The notes: a model not told the origin generated them from the letters alone. Positions 19,427-29,855 are shown, counted from the stretch's first letter. The stretch: 64,000 nucleotides of DNA from an uncultured virus (IMG/VR IMGVR_UViG_3300002220_000047) (IMGVR_UViG_3300002220_000047), one strand, 5' to 3'. A program made the numbers and translations.

Positions 19427-20527
19427 ATGAAAGTTATTCCGGCTAGTTATGAGTTCAAAGAAGATGGTGATGTTCTTAAAACCATCGAAGAGCGTGGTAA
19501 AATCTGCTATAAAAGTGAATCTAGTATTACTCCAGAATCTTCCGTAGGTTTCACAAAGAAGATCGTTAAAGATGGACATAATAGCGTCGCTGAGATGGCT
19601 GTTATTTCTTTTGTTATTGTAAGACCTCTCGATGACAATACTGGATCATCAGATAAATTCGATAATGCTGTGGAGAAGTTCTATCATAGACAACATAAGT
19701 TCTTAGTATTCGATCGTACTCATTTAGTAATCAGTGAGCAAGAACGTAATGTTATTATTATTTCTGGTTCTGTAAGATCTTTCCGTGAAACCATCAAACG
19801 AGATGGTATTCTCGATTGTCAGATCATCAAAACGATCGTATCTACATGGATGAAAGATGAAAATTCTGGATTCTATGGTAATCTTCTTATCGGTGATATT
19901 CTCACTAGTCTCGGTGATAATTTTGTAAGTGAAGATACTAAATTCATTTCTCTCATGGTTCGTAATGATGAAATCGAACGTGTTCCAGAAAACAATATGA
20001 ATTTTATATCAGAGAACAACGGATGTATTCATCTCACTGATCATCTATTCAAACGTCATAAAGCTGTTTGTGTCAAGTTCATCGCAAACCGCGCAATGAC
20101 CCACGAAATGGTGCGCATGCGCATGACATCACTGCTTCAGGAATCTCAGAGGTACTGCAGGTATTCTGAAGATAAATTCGGGAATGAAGTAACATTTATT
20201 GCACCTCATGCGTTCTGGACTGAAGGTAGTCCTGAATGGATAGCTTGGGAAGAAGCTATGATGCATATGGAAGATACGTATCTCAATCTTCTTAGTGTAT
20301 ACAAATCTTCTCCTCAGGCCGCCAGAACTGTTCTTCCCAATTCATGCAAGACTGAACTTCTGGTTTATTGCTTCATGACTGAATGGAGTCATATTTTGGC
20401 CATGAGGACTACCAATGCCTGTGAACCAAGCATGCTTGAGTTGATGATTCCTCTTCAGCAGGACTTCGTTACTAAGTGGCCCGGACTCGGTTTCGATAAA
20501 CCCACTCGTAGTATCTGTGGGGAATAA
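19427..20527 (+). CDS. thyX: FAD-dependent thymidylate synthase
   Basis: IE..G.ICYKS, GH.SVAE, R.MTHE.VR.R..S..QESQRY and AR.VLPN.CKTE motifs. Confidence 0.9.
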   Translation: MKVIPASYEFKEDGDVLKTIEERGKICYKSESSITPESSVGFTKKIVKDGHNSVAEMAVISFVIVRPLDDNTGSSDKFDNAVEKFYHRQHKFLVFDRTHLVISEQERNVIIISGSVRSFRETIKRDGILDCQIIKTIVSTWMKDENSGFYGNLLIGDILTSLGDNFVSEDTKFISLMVRNDEIERVPENNMNFISENNGCIHLTDHLFKRHKAVCVKFIANRAMTHEMVRMRMTSLLQESQRYCRYSEDKFGNEVTFIAPHAFWTEGSPEWIAWEEAMMHMEDTYLNLLSVYKSSPQAARTVLPNSCKTELLVYCFMTEWSHILAMRTTNACEPSMLELMIPLQQDFVTKWPGLGFDKPTRSICGE

Positions 20528-20556
20528 TTAATCCAAAATCTGCTTAGGAGAAGTAT

Positions 20557-20799
20557 ATGCTTAGTAGAGGAGGAAAGATTGAATATAGTTGCAATGTCTG
20601 TAATTCTACTGATATAATTAAGACACGAAATCAATGGGGCGAATCTCTTTTCGAGTGCCGATCATGTAGAAGATTTGATGATTGGTCTAAACGAAAAAGA
20701 AGATCCTTTAAACTAGCATTAATAAAGAAACTAGAGTCTAGCGGTTCTAATTATACCGAACGGAAAAAAATACTAAAACGATTCCTTAGTAAGAAATAG
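20557..20799 (+). CDS. Small zinc-ribbon protein
   Basis: CNVC...CRSC; AGGAG RBS. Confidence 0.65.
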   Translation: MLSRGGKIEYSCNVCNSTDIIKTRNQWGESLFECRSCRRFDDWSKRKRRSFKLALIKKLESSGSNYTERKKILKRFLSKK

Positions 20800-20812
20800 A
20801 TATTGAATTGAA

Positions 20813-20848
20813 GGATAGAGATGGGAGCATATGCTCCCATCTCTATCC
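20813..20848. terminator. Bidirectional terminator (perfect 36-bp palindrome)
   Basis: GGATAGAGATGGGAGCAT/ATGCTCCCATCTCTATCC between convergent genes. Confidence 0.85.
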
Positions 20849-20858
20849 AGTTTATTTT

Positions 20859-21926
20859 TTAGGCTGCGGCTTTATTATAAAGTTCAACTACGTTATTGTG
20901 GAAATGAAAACCTTTATAATAGATATCATACATCATTTTACATCTTAAAGTTTCCATAGCTACAATTGCTTTTAACATCCTAAGCTTTAATTTAATACTT
21001 TCTAGATTATCATCTTCAGCAGATTTGAACATACCTTTTTCTATTGAATCTGAGAATCTAGTACATATATCAGCTAATTTTTTCATATGAACATCTGCTG
21101 AGTCTACAAATGACGAATGAAGATTTAACGAAAGTCCTTTAGCATTAATCTCATATGAATTTGTATTTTTAAGGGCATCAAAAAGAGATATTTGCTGTGA
21201 TTGATTTTTTTCACTATTTTTAAATATCCTAAAATTATTTTCATCAATATCTACATCATAACCGAGACTAATTAATATCTGTTTATTATCTTTAAGGCCG
21301 CCTGATATAGATATCATAGTTTCTTTAAGGCTTTCTTTTGTGATTGCTTCATCAAAATAATGCAAACCTATACTTGTATTAAAACCAATTCCTTTATTAT
21401 CTATATGGCTTAGTTTAGTAACCGCATCAATATGTTTAGTAACTACATTAGAATATCCATTCAAGTCCGTTATGTATTTAGGAATAGAAAGATGCAGTTT
21501 CTTTGCTTTCTCATCGAATGTATCTGGTTTTTTAGTAGAAGATGAACTAGACGATGAACTCGAATATGTTTTTTTATTCTCTTTATAACGATCTTTTTCT
21601 TTTTCTACTTTATCAGAATAAAGACCAAATAATTTCAGAATAGCTAAGGCTATCTTTTTTAGTAATCTACCGATACCTTTAATGATATCTACAATAACAT
21701 CACCTAGACCTTCAACTGATGGAGTAATTCCTTTTTCTTTTAATTCATCTAGAGGATCACCCATCTTCATCAAAACTTCATCTGGGCCGTATTTAGTTAC
21801 TATCTTTAAAATATGTTCTAATTCTTCTAAAGATTCTAAAGCTCCCTTTTCTATAGATAGAAACTCGTTTAATTCTTTTTCAGAATCCCTGATTTTTCCA
21901 TTTAATTCGAGCGTATCTAAACTCAT
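20859..21926 (-). CDS. Internal head protein paralogue
   Basis: SLE.LEHI.....KYG....M.M.DP..EL...GI.PSVEG propeptide shared with 32866, 34117 and 35366. Confidence 0.7.
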   Translation of the reverse strand: MSLDTLELNGKIRDSEKELNEFLSIEKGALESLEELEHILKIVTKYGPDEVLMKMGDPLDELKEKGITPSVEGLGDVIVDIIKGIGRLLKKIALAILKLFGLYSDKVEKEKDRYKENKKTYSSSSSSSSSTKKPDTFDEKAKKLHLSIPKYITDLNGYSNVVTKHIDAVTKLSHIDNKGIGFNTSIGLHYFDEAITKESLKETMISISGGLKDNKQILISLGYDVDIDENNFRIFKNSEKNQSQQISLFDALKNTNSYEINAKGLSLNLHSSFVDSADVHMKKLADICTRFSDSIEKGMFKSAEDDNLESIKLKLRMLKAIVAMETLRCKMMYDIYYKGFHFHNNVVELYNKAAA

Positions 21927-22048
21927 AATTAGATCCTTTTTTTTGGTTTTTAATAAGAGTATGTCATTGTATATTTAAGCAGTTTCAGATATATATTATT
22001 CGTTTGATAGCCTATTCTAATTAATAATCCTCTGGAGGAAATCGTATA

Positions 22049-22225
22049 ATGAAAGAAATCATCGTAGGAATGATATTCATAATATTAGCTATTATTCTAT
22101 TCGTAGCAGTTTGGCCTATTATGAAAATAGTAATATCTGTATTAATTTCTCTATTTCTTATTTTCATTGTTGGTTTCATAATAGTACAAATATTAACTTT
22201 TCAAAATAAATCAAACGGAGAATGA
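22049..22225 (+). CDS. Small two-helix membrane protein (58 aa)
   Basis: GGAGG RBS; MKEIIVGMIFIILAIILFVAVWPIMKIVISVLISLFLIFIVGFIIVQILTFQNKSNGE; first gene after the promoter motif at 21987. Confidence 0.7.
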   Translation: MKEIIVGMIFIILAIILFVAVWPIMKIVISVLISLFLIFIVGFIIVQILTFQNKSNGE

Positions 22226-22291
22226 TATCATGTTGGAATCATTAAAAACAAAATATGTTCTAAAGAATTTCTTTGTCAGTGGTAATCGACA

Positions 22292-22741
22292 ATGAGTATT
22301 CATCTCGGCGAAGCGCCATTCCTCGAATGTTCTACTAGAGGAGATCGTCGATTCTCTGCATATTGCGCTAGAATAAAATCTCGCGGTAATAGGACTATTG
22401 AAGAAATATATCAAGCTGCGAAAATCTTTGAAGTGGATGGAGATTTCGGAAAAAAATTAATAAGCGGGCTTTCTATCAAAGAAGCTAAAGGTAGGCAAGC
22501 CGTTAATCAGAGAGAAGTTTCTATGTTTTATTCTCTCCTCTGGAATGAATATATTTCGGAGAATCCTGAACTTTTCATTGTATTAGAAAACGCATCTGGT
22601 CTATCTGATATCTTTGGTCAGGAAGGTCATTGTTGCCAGTCGACAGAACTTTGGAAGATTAAGACATCAGGTATTTGCGTAACTGTTAAAAATTCAACCG
22701 ACGGAGGATCTTGGTTAGATGTATTCAAAAACAATGCATAG
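22292..22741 (+). CDS. NADAR-like protein (putative ADP-ribosylhydrolase fold)
   Basis: LECST.G..RFSA......TIEEIYQAAKIF ... LW..Y..ENPEL ... DIFG....CQ resembles DarT1-associated NADAR motifs. Confidence 0.5.
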   Translation: MSIHLGEAPFLECSTRGDRRFSAYCARIKSRGNRTIEEIYQAAKIFEVDGDFGKKLISGLSIKEAKGRQAVNQREVSMFYSLLWNEYISENPELFIVLENASGLSDIFGQEGHCCQSTELWKIKTSGICVTVKNSTDGGSWLDVFKNNA

Positions 22742-23036
22742 ATTGCGATATTTACCGATTCATCTTCAAACCCGTCCGAAATTTGAGGCCAAGGAATATT
22801 TCAAAGAAACGTTGCCAGCTAAAAAAGAGCTGATAATGCAATTCGTTAAACTGGATATAACATGCGTTGATTTCGAATTGGCGTTGTCGAAATATCACGA
22901 AGATCGTAACGTCGAGCCTGAATATGAAATATGGAGGAAATCTATTCTGGATACGATGAATTCATCAGAGGGAATCTCGGATAGGTTCTTTCTGTTTGTA
23001 ACAAAGGAGCTGTTTCTTTATTTAACCATCAGTTAA
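22734..23036 (+). CDS. Hypothetical protein
   Basis: ORF overlapping the upstream stop. Confidence 0.6.
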   Translation: MHRLRYLPIHLQTRPKFEAKEYFKETLPAKKELIMQFVKLDITCVDFELALSKYHEDRNVEPEYEIWRKSILDTMNSSEGISDRFFLFVTKELFLYLTIS

Positions 23037-23058
23037 CAAAAAGCTAAGGAGATTCAAA

Positions 23059-23592
23059 ATGTTAAGCAGAGCCCGTGATATGTTCAAGTCCAAAGAAAAA
23101 CCGGTGGTAAATCTCAAGGAAGAAATGGGTGTCATCGAGAACTCTTTTCTTATCCTCGAAAAGAGTTCTCATCTGTTTCGGAAGGAATCTGACCACGTCG
23201 AAGAAAGATCAGACGATGTTCAGGTTGTCATGAAACATGAGGATTTCACATGGATCGATTCTATCGTCGAGATGTTCTTTCCCAAAGGCGTGGCCGAGGC
23301 TGGCAAGTTTGTCGGTAATCTCATCGCCAAGCTTAACGCAATTGGTCGCACAGATCTATCGATTGCCATGAATCAATTGTCAAACGACATTGGGAAGAAT
23401 GTCTATGCCATTTTCGGCAATGGGAAAGTTTCCCTCGCCATCATGGAAATGTCACCGGAAATTCGGATGGCGGCGGCAACGACAATCGTCGAATCTATCA
23501 AAGCCGTTATTGGTGCGGAGCTTTTCACCGCAGCCGAGGCCAAACATAAGTTCGGTGCCAAGAAACCCGCAACCTCCAGCAAGAAGCAGTGA
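23059..23592 (+). CDS. Hypothetical protein
   Basis: AAGGAG RBS; followed by a terminator. Confidence 0.75.
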   Translation: MLSRARDMFKSKEKPVVNLKEEMGVIENSFLILEKSSHLFRKESDHVEERSDDVQVVMKHEDFTWIDSIVEMFFPKGVAEAGKFVGNLIAKLNAIGRTDLSIAMNQLSNDIGKNVYAIFGNGKVSLAIMEMSPEIRMAAATTIVESIKAVIGAELFTAAEAKHKFGAKKPATSSKKQ

Positions 23593-23605
23593 TCAGAATA
23601 ACTGT

Positions 23606-23650
23606 AGCCGATGGGCAGAAATGCCCATCGGCTCAACCCTTTTATTTTTA
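23606..23650 (+). terminator. Intrinsic terminator
   Basis: AGCCGATGGGCA-gaaa-TGCCCATCGGCT then T-rich tract. Confidence 0.85.
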
Positions 23651-23711
23651 ATTATTTTATCCATCGATAATACAATTACATTAATATCATAAAAATAAAA
23701 GGAGATATGTC

Positions 23712-24716
23712 GTGGGACGAATTTATTATCATGGAAGTGATTTAGACGGAAGAAGTAGTGCAGTTATTCTTATGCGAAAATATCCTAACTATGAAGTATC
23801 TCCAATGAACTATCATAGAGGAATTGATCTTACTAAAATTAAGAAAGATGAACCATTAATATTTGCTGATGTTTTCTTTGATGATAAACGAGAAAAGGAT
23901 CTAAGAGATTTATTAGCTATTACTACAGATATAACTATTCTCGACCATCATGAAAGAAAAATGGCCAATAGAGTATTTGAAGAATTGGGTATTAAATACA
24001 AAGGCATTATCGATACTGAATCAGATGGAGCTTGTGCAATAGTTTGGAATTACTGTTTTCCTAATCATCCAATTCCTATGGGGATTAAACTCATTGGTAC
24101 TTATGATGTATGGAAAAGAAACTTTGATAACATTAGATATATGCTAGGACTAGGTGCAAATAATCCAGCTGTAGCTAATAAATTCATTTGGAATAAAGTA
24201 TTAAGTGATGATGTTGATTTTAATCTACTGATGAAATCTGAAGGAAGTATTATTCTTAAATATTTAAGAAATGATCAAACACGATATGTTAGAGCCTATG
24301 GAATTATAGGAAAAATTAATGGATATAAAGCCTTAGCTATCAATAGAGGATTATCAGATAGTTCAATATTCGATAGTGTTCCTCAGGATGCTTTTGATAT
24401 TTATATGAGATTTACATTTACAAAAGATAGAAAATTCAAAGTATCGATTACTACTCCAAGAGAAGATTTAGATCTCAGAGAGATTGCTGCTAAATTCGAA
24501 GGAGGAGGTCATCCTAAAGCTTCTGGTTTAATTGTTGATAAACTTGAAGATATTTTTGAGATAGATGATAATGCTGATTATTCTCCAATCTATAGATTCA
24601 ATAGAGAAGCTTATTCTAAGATCGATAAAATGGAAATTAATAAACTGGAAATAGTAGATAGGTTTGGCGATATGATATTACAGGCTGACAAAATCAGAGA
24701 AGGAAATTTATCATGA
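23712..24716 (+). CDS. DHH/DHHA1 family phosphoesterase
   Basis: YH..DLDG, FAD, LDHH and GGGHPKASG motifs. Confidence 0.9.
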   Translation: MGRIYYHGSDLDGRSSAVILMRKYPNYEVSPMNYHRGIDLTKIKKDEPLIFADVFFDDKREKDLRDLLAITTDITILDHHERKMANRVFEELGIKYKGIIDTESDGACAIVWNYCFPNHPIPMGIKLIGTYDVWKRNFDNIRYMLGLGANNPAVANKFIWNKVLSDDVDFNLLMKSEGSIILKYLRNDQTRYVRAYGIIGKINGYKALAINRGLSDSSIFDSVPQDAFDIYMRFTFTKDRKFKVSITTPREDLDLREIAAKFEGGGHPKASGLIVDKLEDIFEIDDNADYSPIYRFNREAYSKIDKMEINKLEIVDRFGDMILQADKIREGNLS

Positions 24717-24994
24717 AAGTATCATTGATCGAACGTAGTACAATGAGTGGTAAAGAACTTACAAAAACAGCATATATCGATAGTGAATTTTGTCAGTTAA
24801 AATGTGATGAGCTAAAAGAAGAATGGGCATCTTATAAACCCATCCAATGCGAAGGTGAAGAAATACCTAATGATCGTGTTATTGTAAATGATCGTGTATA
24901 TAAATTAGATAAAACTGATATTGAATCTGCTCTTAAACAAAGAGCTTTGTTAAAATTATCTGAAAAAGAAAGAGCTTTGTTAAACTTAGGTTAA
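24713..24994 (+). CDS. Hypothetical protein
   Basis: ATGA overlap; ends ALLKLSEKERALLNL. Confidence 0.7.
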   Translation: MKVSLIERSTMSGKELTKTAYIDSEFCQLKCDELKEEWASYKPIQCEGEEIPNDRVIVNDRVYKLDKTDIESALKQRALLKLSEKERALLNLG

Positions 24995-25342
24995 CCGCTG
25001 ATATAGAGGTTTTTAAATATATATTATTTGCTTGTATATAGTCGTACGGTTCTTCCGTACCTTCAATAATTTAACAGAGGAGGATCTATTTGATGTGGTT
25101 GATTGTCGCAGCTATCGTTCTCATCTGACAACAACTACTAGACGAAATAGAAAAAACAAATTAGCTTCAGAATTGTTTTGGTCCATAATTGGAATCACTT
25201 AACTAGAACCATAGATTTTAAACCCCAGTAAACCTAGTTGTTCAAATATTAAAAACATAAATTATTCTTTTACTATTACAGATTTCATCCTAATACTGAA
25301 CTGTTGTGAGTACGTGATTGCATCACCAAGCTCACTCCTAGT

Positions 25343-25392
25343 AGACACGCTGACGGATAATCTCCGTCAGCGTGTCTTTAATTTTTTTTTTT
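25343..25392. terminator. Bidirectional terminator
   Basis: AGACACGCTGACGGA-taatc-TCCGTCAGCGTGTCT plus long T run. Confidence 0.85.
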
Positions 25393-25397
25393 GAAAT

Positions 25398-28300
25398 TTA
25401 AGTATCTAGAGATTCGAATTGTATTTCTACATCATCTACAAATGAAATAGTATTATCAGAATTCTTTACCAATAGTCTATTTAGCCTAGGTTCTTTTTCA
25501 GTTTCTACATTCATTAAAGTCTGTAGAGAAAACTGATCGTTAATACTAACAATATCGAGACTTACAATATATGTACTTAGTTTAGATTTTGCGATACTAC
25601 AGATATCGGTAAACGATATCAATGAATTACTCAGATAAGATTCGATGATTTTTACTATTTCTATTTTTAGCATATCTCGTATTTCGTTACTAAGATATAC
25701 TGATTGTTTTACATAACATTTAAGGACAAATGAAAGACCTAGATCAACGATAGCTGTAGAATTATTATTTATACGGAAGCTTGTACTTCCCATTGTAGTT
25801 ATTGGTCTAAAGAAACAAGCTGTATTTTCTAATAGGTTTTTATCTATTTCTAAAATAGAATCATAATAAGCATCGATCAGCTGACTAAGCGTCAGAATAA
25901 ATGCACTGTTATGATAAGTGTGTCTATAATCAACACCGAATAAATCAATCGTATAATCAGTAGCTCGATTACCAACTACTGTACGATTTCCAAAAGAATC
26001 GATATAAGAAGTATCTACCATATTTTGTAATGATAGTTTTAAATTATCGATTTGTTCTTGAGTCAATCCTGAATTATCTATTACCGTACTGATCTTTCCT
26101 TTTAGTTCTTCACCAGGATTAGAGTAAATAATATCTCCAGCATAATGACTAATAATTACAGCTTCTATTGAATCCCCAACTCCGAGGATAAGATCATCTG
26201 ATGCAATGAATACTGTTCCGACTTCATTATCAGCAGCGCCACAAGTTGTGAAATCCAAAGTAACTCTCGTTACTATTTTGTATGTAGTCCCAATAACTAA
26301 TCGATAAGCTTCTATTAATACTACACCATCAGTAATAACATCTCCAGCTTGATGAAGTCTATTTAAAACAACTTCACCTTCAACAATAGTTATCTTTAAA
26401 GTACCATCTAAATTTCTTTCATATACATCTGATAAATATGTGAGAGGAATATCCGTATCATATCTCTGATATTCTTCACCAGTCCAATTTACTAAAATAC
26501 TATTATCGATTACATCATATAGATTTTTACCGAATGAATAGGACATGGATTGTAATGTCATACCGATGTATGTTCCGTCATTTTCTAAATAATGACTAGA
26601 GATCTGATAATCATCAGCTATTCCTGGAAAGTTTGCAGCTTTAACGTGAGCCGATATCTTCAAAGTCCCAGATAAAGGAATCAACTGATCTACATTAATA
26701 TTATTGCTAGTAGTAAGATTCGTGATTGTTATGTTGTTATCTAAAAGATGATAGTTAGTTTCAATACCAAAATCGTATACGGATAATCCGTTGTAGTTCT
26801 CGACGAATGTTCCAACAAGACCTACTTCTACTCCAGATGATGTCATGAATGTTAAGTATATTTTGATATTAGCTTCTTCTACGGATTCTAAATCAGCAGT
26901 CTTCTGAATACCTACTCTGATCTTATATCCACCACTACCAGGAGCTGAGTTTGCCCCAATACTTAAATGTTTAATAATTACACTAACAACATTAGCTTGA
27001 GCACTTAGATTAATATTTTCATTCTCAAATATGATATTAAATACATTACAATTCAACAGATCATAACTCACAACAGTAGGATATCTTTCACCTACATTAA
27101 AAGTGATATGATACGGATGATTTAAATATGATGTTTCATTTAAAATATCGATAATAGATGAGTTTTCCAATAACGCCGTTCTATCGGTATCGTTCATAAT
27201 TTCCAATCTATCAGCAATCGGAATATATCTATAAATCGTAGTAGGTAGAATAGTGAACGTATCATCCGGGAATGTTTTTACGGTACTGTAATTTACATCT
27301 AATGAGCTAGGATTAACAGTTAACTTTAAATTAGAAATTCCGATAGGATTATCTTCAGCATCTAAAACTTTTCTAAAACCGTAATATACACGATCTGTAA
27401 GATTGTCGATTCTTTTATAAGGTTTAAAACCTTTTAACTTAAAGAATGTGTTTATATCAAGATTTGTGATAGGTACTTTTAAATCTTGATTATGATAAAC
27501 TACGATATCTTTTATTTCTTCAAAGGTAAGACTATTGGATCCTCCAGTTATTCTAGTGTTTGTAGGTTCAATAATAATAGTAGGAATGTTTTTTAATACT
27601 GTAGAATATTTGATGTCCGTATTCGGAGAATCAAATGCAAAATTTATTTTTATATCACGAATATCGATATTAGCAATCGATACATCTAGCTCTCCTAGGG
27701 TATTGAAGATCTCTATCCTCAACTTGTTTCCAACGAGATTATTGGTAAAATAAACCTGTGGAATAGTGACCTCCACAGACGACTCATCGGTAAGAACAGA
27801 TAATCTAGCAGTTGGTTTATTTGGATCATAAACAGAATCAGAAAGAGTATATCCTAATTCTGTAGAAACGTTATTATCATCAATAGAAAAAATTCTGATA
27901 GCATAAAACTTATTTTTATAAGGGAATCTTTTTTTGAATCCATATTCGGGAGTAATAGTTTCAGTAAATACTTCTCTTGAGAATTGATAAACATCAAATT
28001 CAAAAGATATGAAATCTACACCATGATACTGGTATTCTTGTTTAATAAGAGTATTCGAATTCAGAGAATGAAGTGGGTTAGGATTTGTAGTATCATAAAC
28101 AATACTGATATTATTTACAACTTCACTAACACGAATGATAATCGGATAGTATAAACTAAAAGTGTACTTACCTATAGAAAAAGTAGTATCTTTCGGAATG
28201 ATAACAACTCGATAATTACTTCCAGGAAATGCAATGGAATTATCGATTATATATTGTTTATGTAAAGTAAGAGATAGCTTTGTACCTGAAGGAAAAGAAT

Positions 28301-28568
28301 AAAAACCAACATATCCGAAATCAGAAACATGTTGGAATAATTCTTTCATATTAGAAGCTCTTTTCTGATATACATAAAACAATTTCTCTTCGACAGCATT
28401 CATCGAATCAGAAGTAAGTCTGGACATAGCTTCTAGTAGAAACATGAAAGAGTTATTACCATCTACTACCATACCTCCACCGTCTAGTCTAGATTCTAAT
28501 TCTTTAAGAGTATCTCTTTGTATTTCGATTGGATTTGTTAGATATTGTGTTATCTTATCTGCATTCAT
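25398..28568 (-). CDS. Large virion structural protein, phiKZ-type baseplate-like
   Basis: 1056 aa; NP..IQ, N.F.FLLE, IPKDT.F, IP.VY, T.G and GG.N.L.FEE motifs; position divergent from the head block as in phiKZ-like phages. Confidence 0.7.
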   Translation of the reverse strand: MNADKITQYLTNPIEIQRDTLKELESRLDGGGMVVDGNNSFMFLLEAMSRLTSDSMNAVEEKLFYVYQKRASNMKELFQHVSDFGYVGFYSFPSGTKLSLTLHKQYIIDNSIAFPGSNYRVVIIPKDTTFSIGKYTFSLYYPIIIRVSEVVNNISIVYDTTNPNPLHSLNSNTLIKQEYQYHGVDFISFEFDVYQFSREVFTETITPEYGFKKRFPYKNKFYAIRIFSIDDNNVSTELGYTLSDSVYDPNKPTARLSVLTDESSVEVTIPQVYFTNNLVGNKLRIEIFNTLGELDVSIANIDIRDIKINFAFDSPNTDIKYSTVLKNIPTIIIEPTNTRITGGSNSLTFEEIKDIVVYHNQDLKVPITNLDINTFFKLKGFKPYKRIDNLTDRVYYGFRKVLDAEDNPIGISNLKLTVNPSSLDVNYSTVKTFPDDTFTILPTTIYRYIPIADRLEIMNDTDRTALLENSSIIDILNETSYLNHPYHITFNVGERYPTVVSYDLLNCNVFNIIFENENINLSAQANVVSVIIKHLSIGANSAPGSGGYKIRVGIQKTADLESVEEANIKIYLTFMTSSGVEVGLVGTFVENYNGLSVYDFGIETNYHLLDNNITITNLTTSNNINVDQLIPLSGTLKISAHVKAANFPGIADDYQISSHYLENDGTYIGMTLQSMSYSFGKNLYDVIDNSILVNWTGEEYQRYDTDIPLTYLSDVYERNLDGTLKITIVEGEVVLNRLHQAGDVITDGVVLIEAYRLVIGTTYKIVTRVTLDFTTCGAADNEVGTVFIASDDLILGVGDSIEAVIISHYAGDIIYSNPGEELKGKISTVIDNSGLTQEQIDNLKLSLQNMVDTSYIDSFGNRTVVGNRATDYTIDLFGVDYRHTYHNSAFILTLSQLIDAYYDSILEIDKNLLENTACFFRPITTMGSTSFRINNNSTAIVDLGLSFVLKCYVKQSVYLSNEIRDMLKIEIVKIIESYLSNSLISFTDICSIAKSKLSTYIVSLDIVSINDQFSLQTLMNVETEKEPRLNRLLVKNSDNTISFVDDVEIQFESLDT

Positions 28569-28589
28569 CGATTAATTCCTCAAATGTTA

Positions 28590-29765
28590 TTATAGGAGAT
28601 TTTGAGCTCCTGGAACTTTCTCTTTAAGTATATTAGGATTAGTTCGTTTGATTGTATTTATGATCTCAATAACTTTACGATCACTCGGATCATATCGCCA
28701 TTGTAATTCATTGGTTCCATTTACTATATCGATATACGGAATTAGTTTATGATTTAAATACATTTTTAGATGTCCTCTGGCTATTTTATATTTTTCAATA
28801 TTAGCGCAGAACCTACGTATTAACATATTAAATTCTTTAAGAATGATAGGATCGAAATACTCTATTCTACCAGACACTACAAATGGTATAGAAATGTTAT
28901 GAGAAGCATCTACCGAAGATGCTGAACTATCGAAATTAAAATAATTACCCAAAGGAACCTGTCTTGGAAAAGTCCCTGTAGCTTTTGCCCATTTTGTTAT
29001 GAACCTTTTAGAAGGATCTAGAACGAATCTATAGATAGCGCTAGTAAATCCCATTCTTCGTCCTTCAACATCTTGGGTATAAGGAATAACATATCCTCTT
29101 GTCAGAAGATGCATATATCTAAACCACATTAAGAATGTCATCAATACAACACTACCTTGAGTATCTGCAAAGGTAGCCTGTAATTCATAGTTTCTCATAA
29201 GACCATCATGGCCTTTAGGATAGGTTATGTTTTCTGAAAAGAAACCACCTTCAGATGTCTCTACATCCAAAACAGAATCAGGCCAGCCACTCAATGATCT
29301 GAGAGTGTTTGTTAATACTGGAATGAAAGGATTTTCCTTGTTAACAAAAATACTAGAAGACAATCCATTAAGCATAGGTCCGTATATTTTTTGTAAATTA
29401 GTATCTAACCAAAATCTAATAGCGAAGTTTACAGTGTTTACATCTAATGTAGATAACATAGACATAATACGATCCTGTCTTAATGAAGTAGTAGTAAGAT
29501 TTAATCTTGGTCTAGTTATAAACGCATATCCATGATGTTCAAACTCCGGCATATGTAATGAACTATTTACAGCATCGAAACCATATAACGTATCTTTAAA
29601 AGAAGTGAATTTATTATTTCCAGTACTATTATAGAGAAGAGAGCTAATATCTCTTAGTTTCTCGGTAATCTCCGTTAGAGTCTTTGGAGATAAATCGTTA
29701 TTATCCATATCATTACAGTCCCTTTGTTGAATTAACTGTGTAAGTTCATTTGTATATAAGGACAA
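28590..29765 (-). CDS. phiKZ-type virion structural protein (tail tube/baseplate-like)
   Basis: G..FITRPRLNL, NPFIP.LTN...SLSGWPD and IYR.VLD.....I.K.A motifs; synteny. Confidence 0.7.
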   Translation of the reverse strand: MSLYTNELTQLIQQRDCNDMDNNDLSPKTLTEITEKLRDISSLLYNSTGNNKFTSFKDTLYGFDAVNSSLHMPEFEHHGYAFITRPRLNLTTTSLRQDRIMSMLSTLDVNTVNFAIRFWLDTNLQKIYGPMLNGLSSSIFVNKENPFIPVLTNTLRSLSGWPDSVLDVETSEGGFFSENITYPKGHDGLMRNYELQATFADTQGSVVLMTFLMWFRYMHLLTRGYVIPYTQDVEGRRMGFTSAIYRFVLDPSKRFITKWAKATGTFPRQVPLGNYFNFDSSASSVDASHNISIPFVVSGRIEYFDPIILKEFNMLIRRFCANIEKYKIARGHLKMYLNHKLIPYIDIVNGTNELQWRYDPSDRKVIEIINTIKRTNPNILKEKVPGAQNLL

Positions 29766-29855
29766 ACATTTTATGACTGTTTGTTTTTAAATAAATGCTA
29801 TACTATTTAAAACCAATATTGCAGAGTAATGTACTTCAAACAAGAGGAGTAAGAT

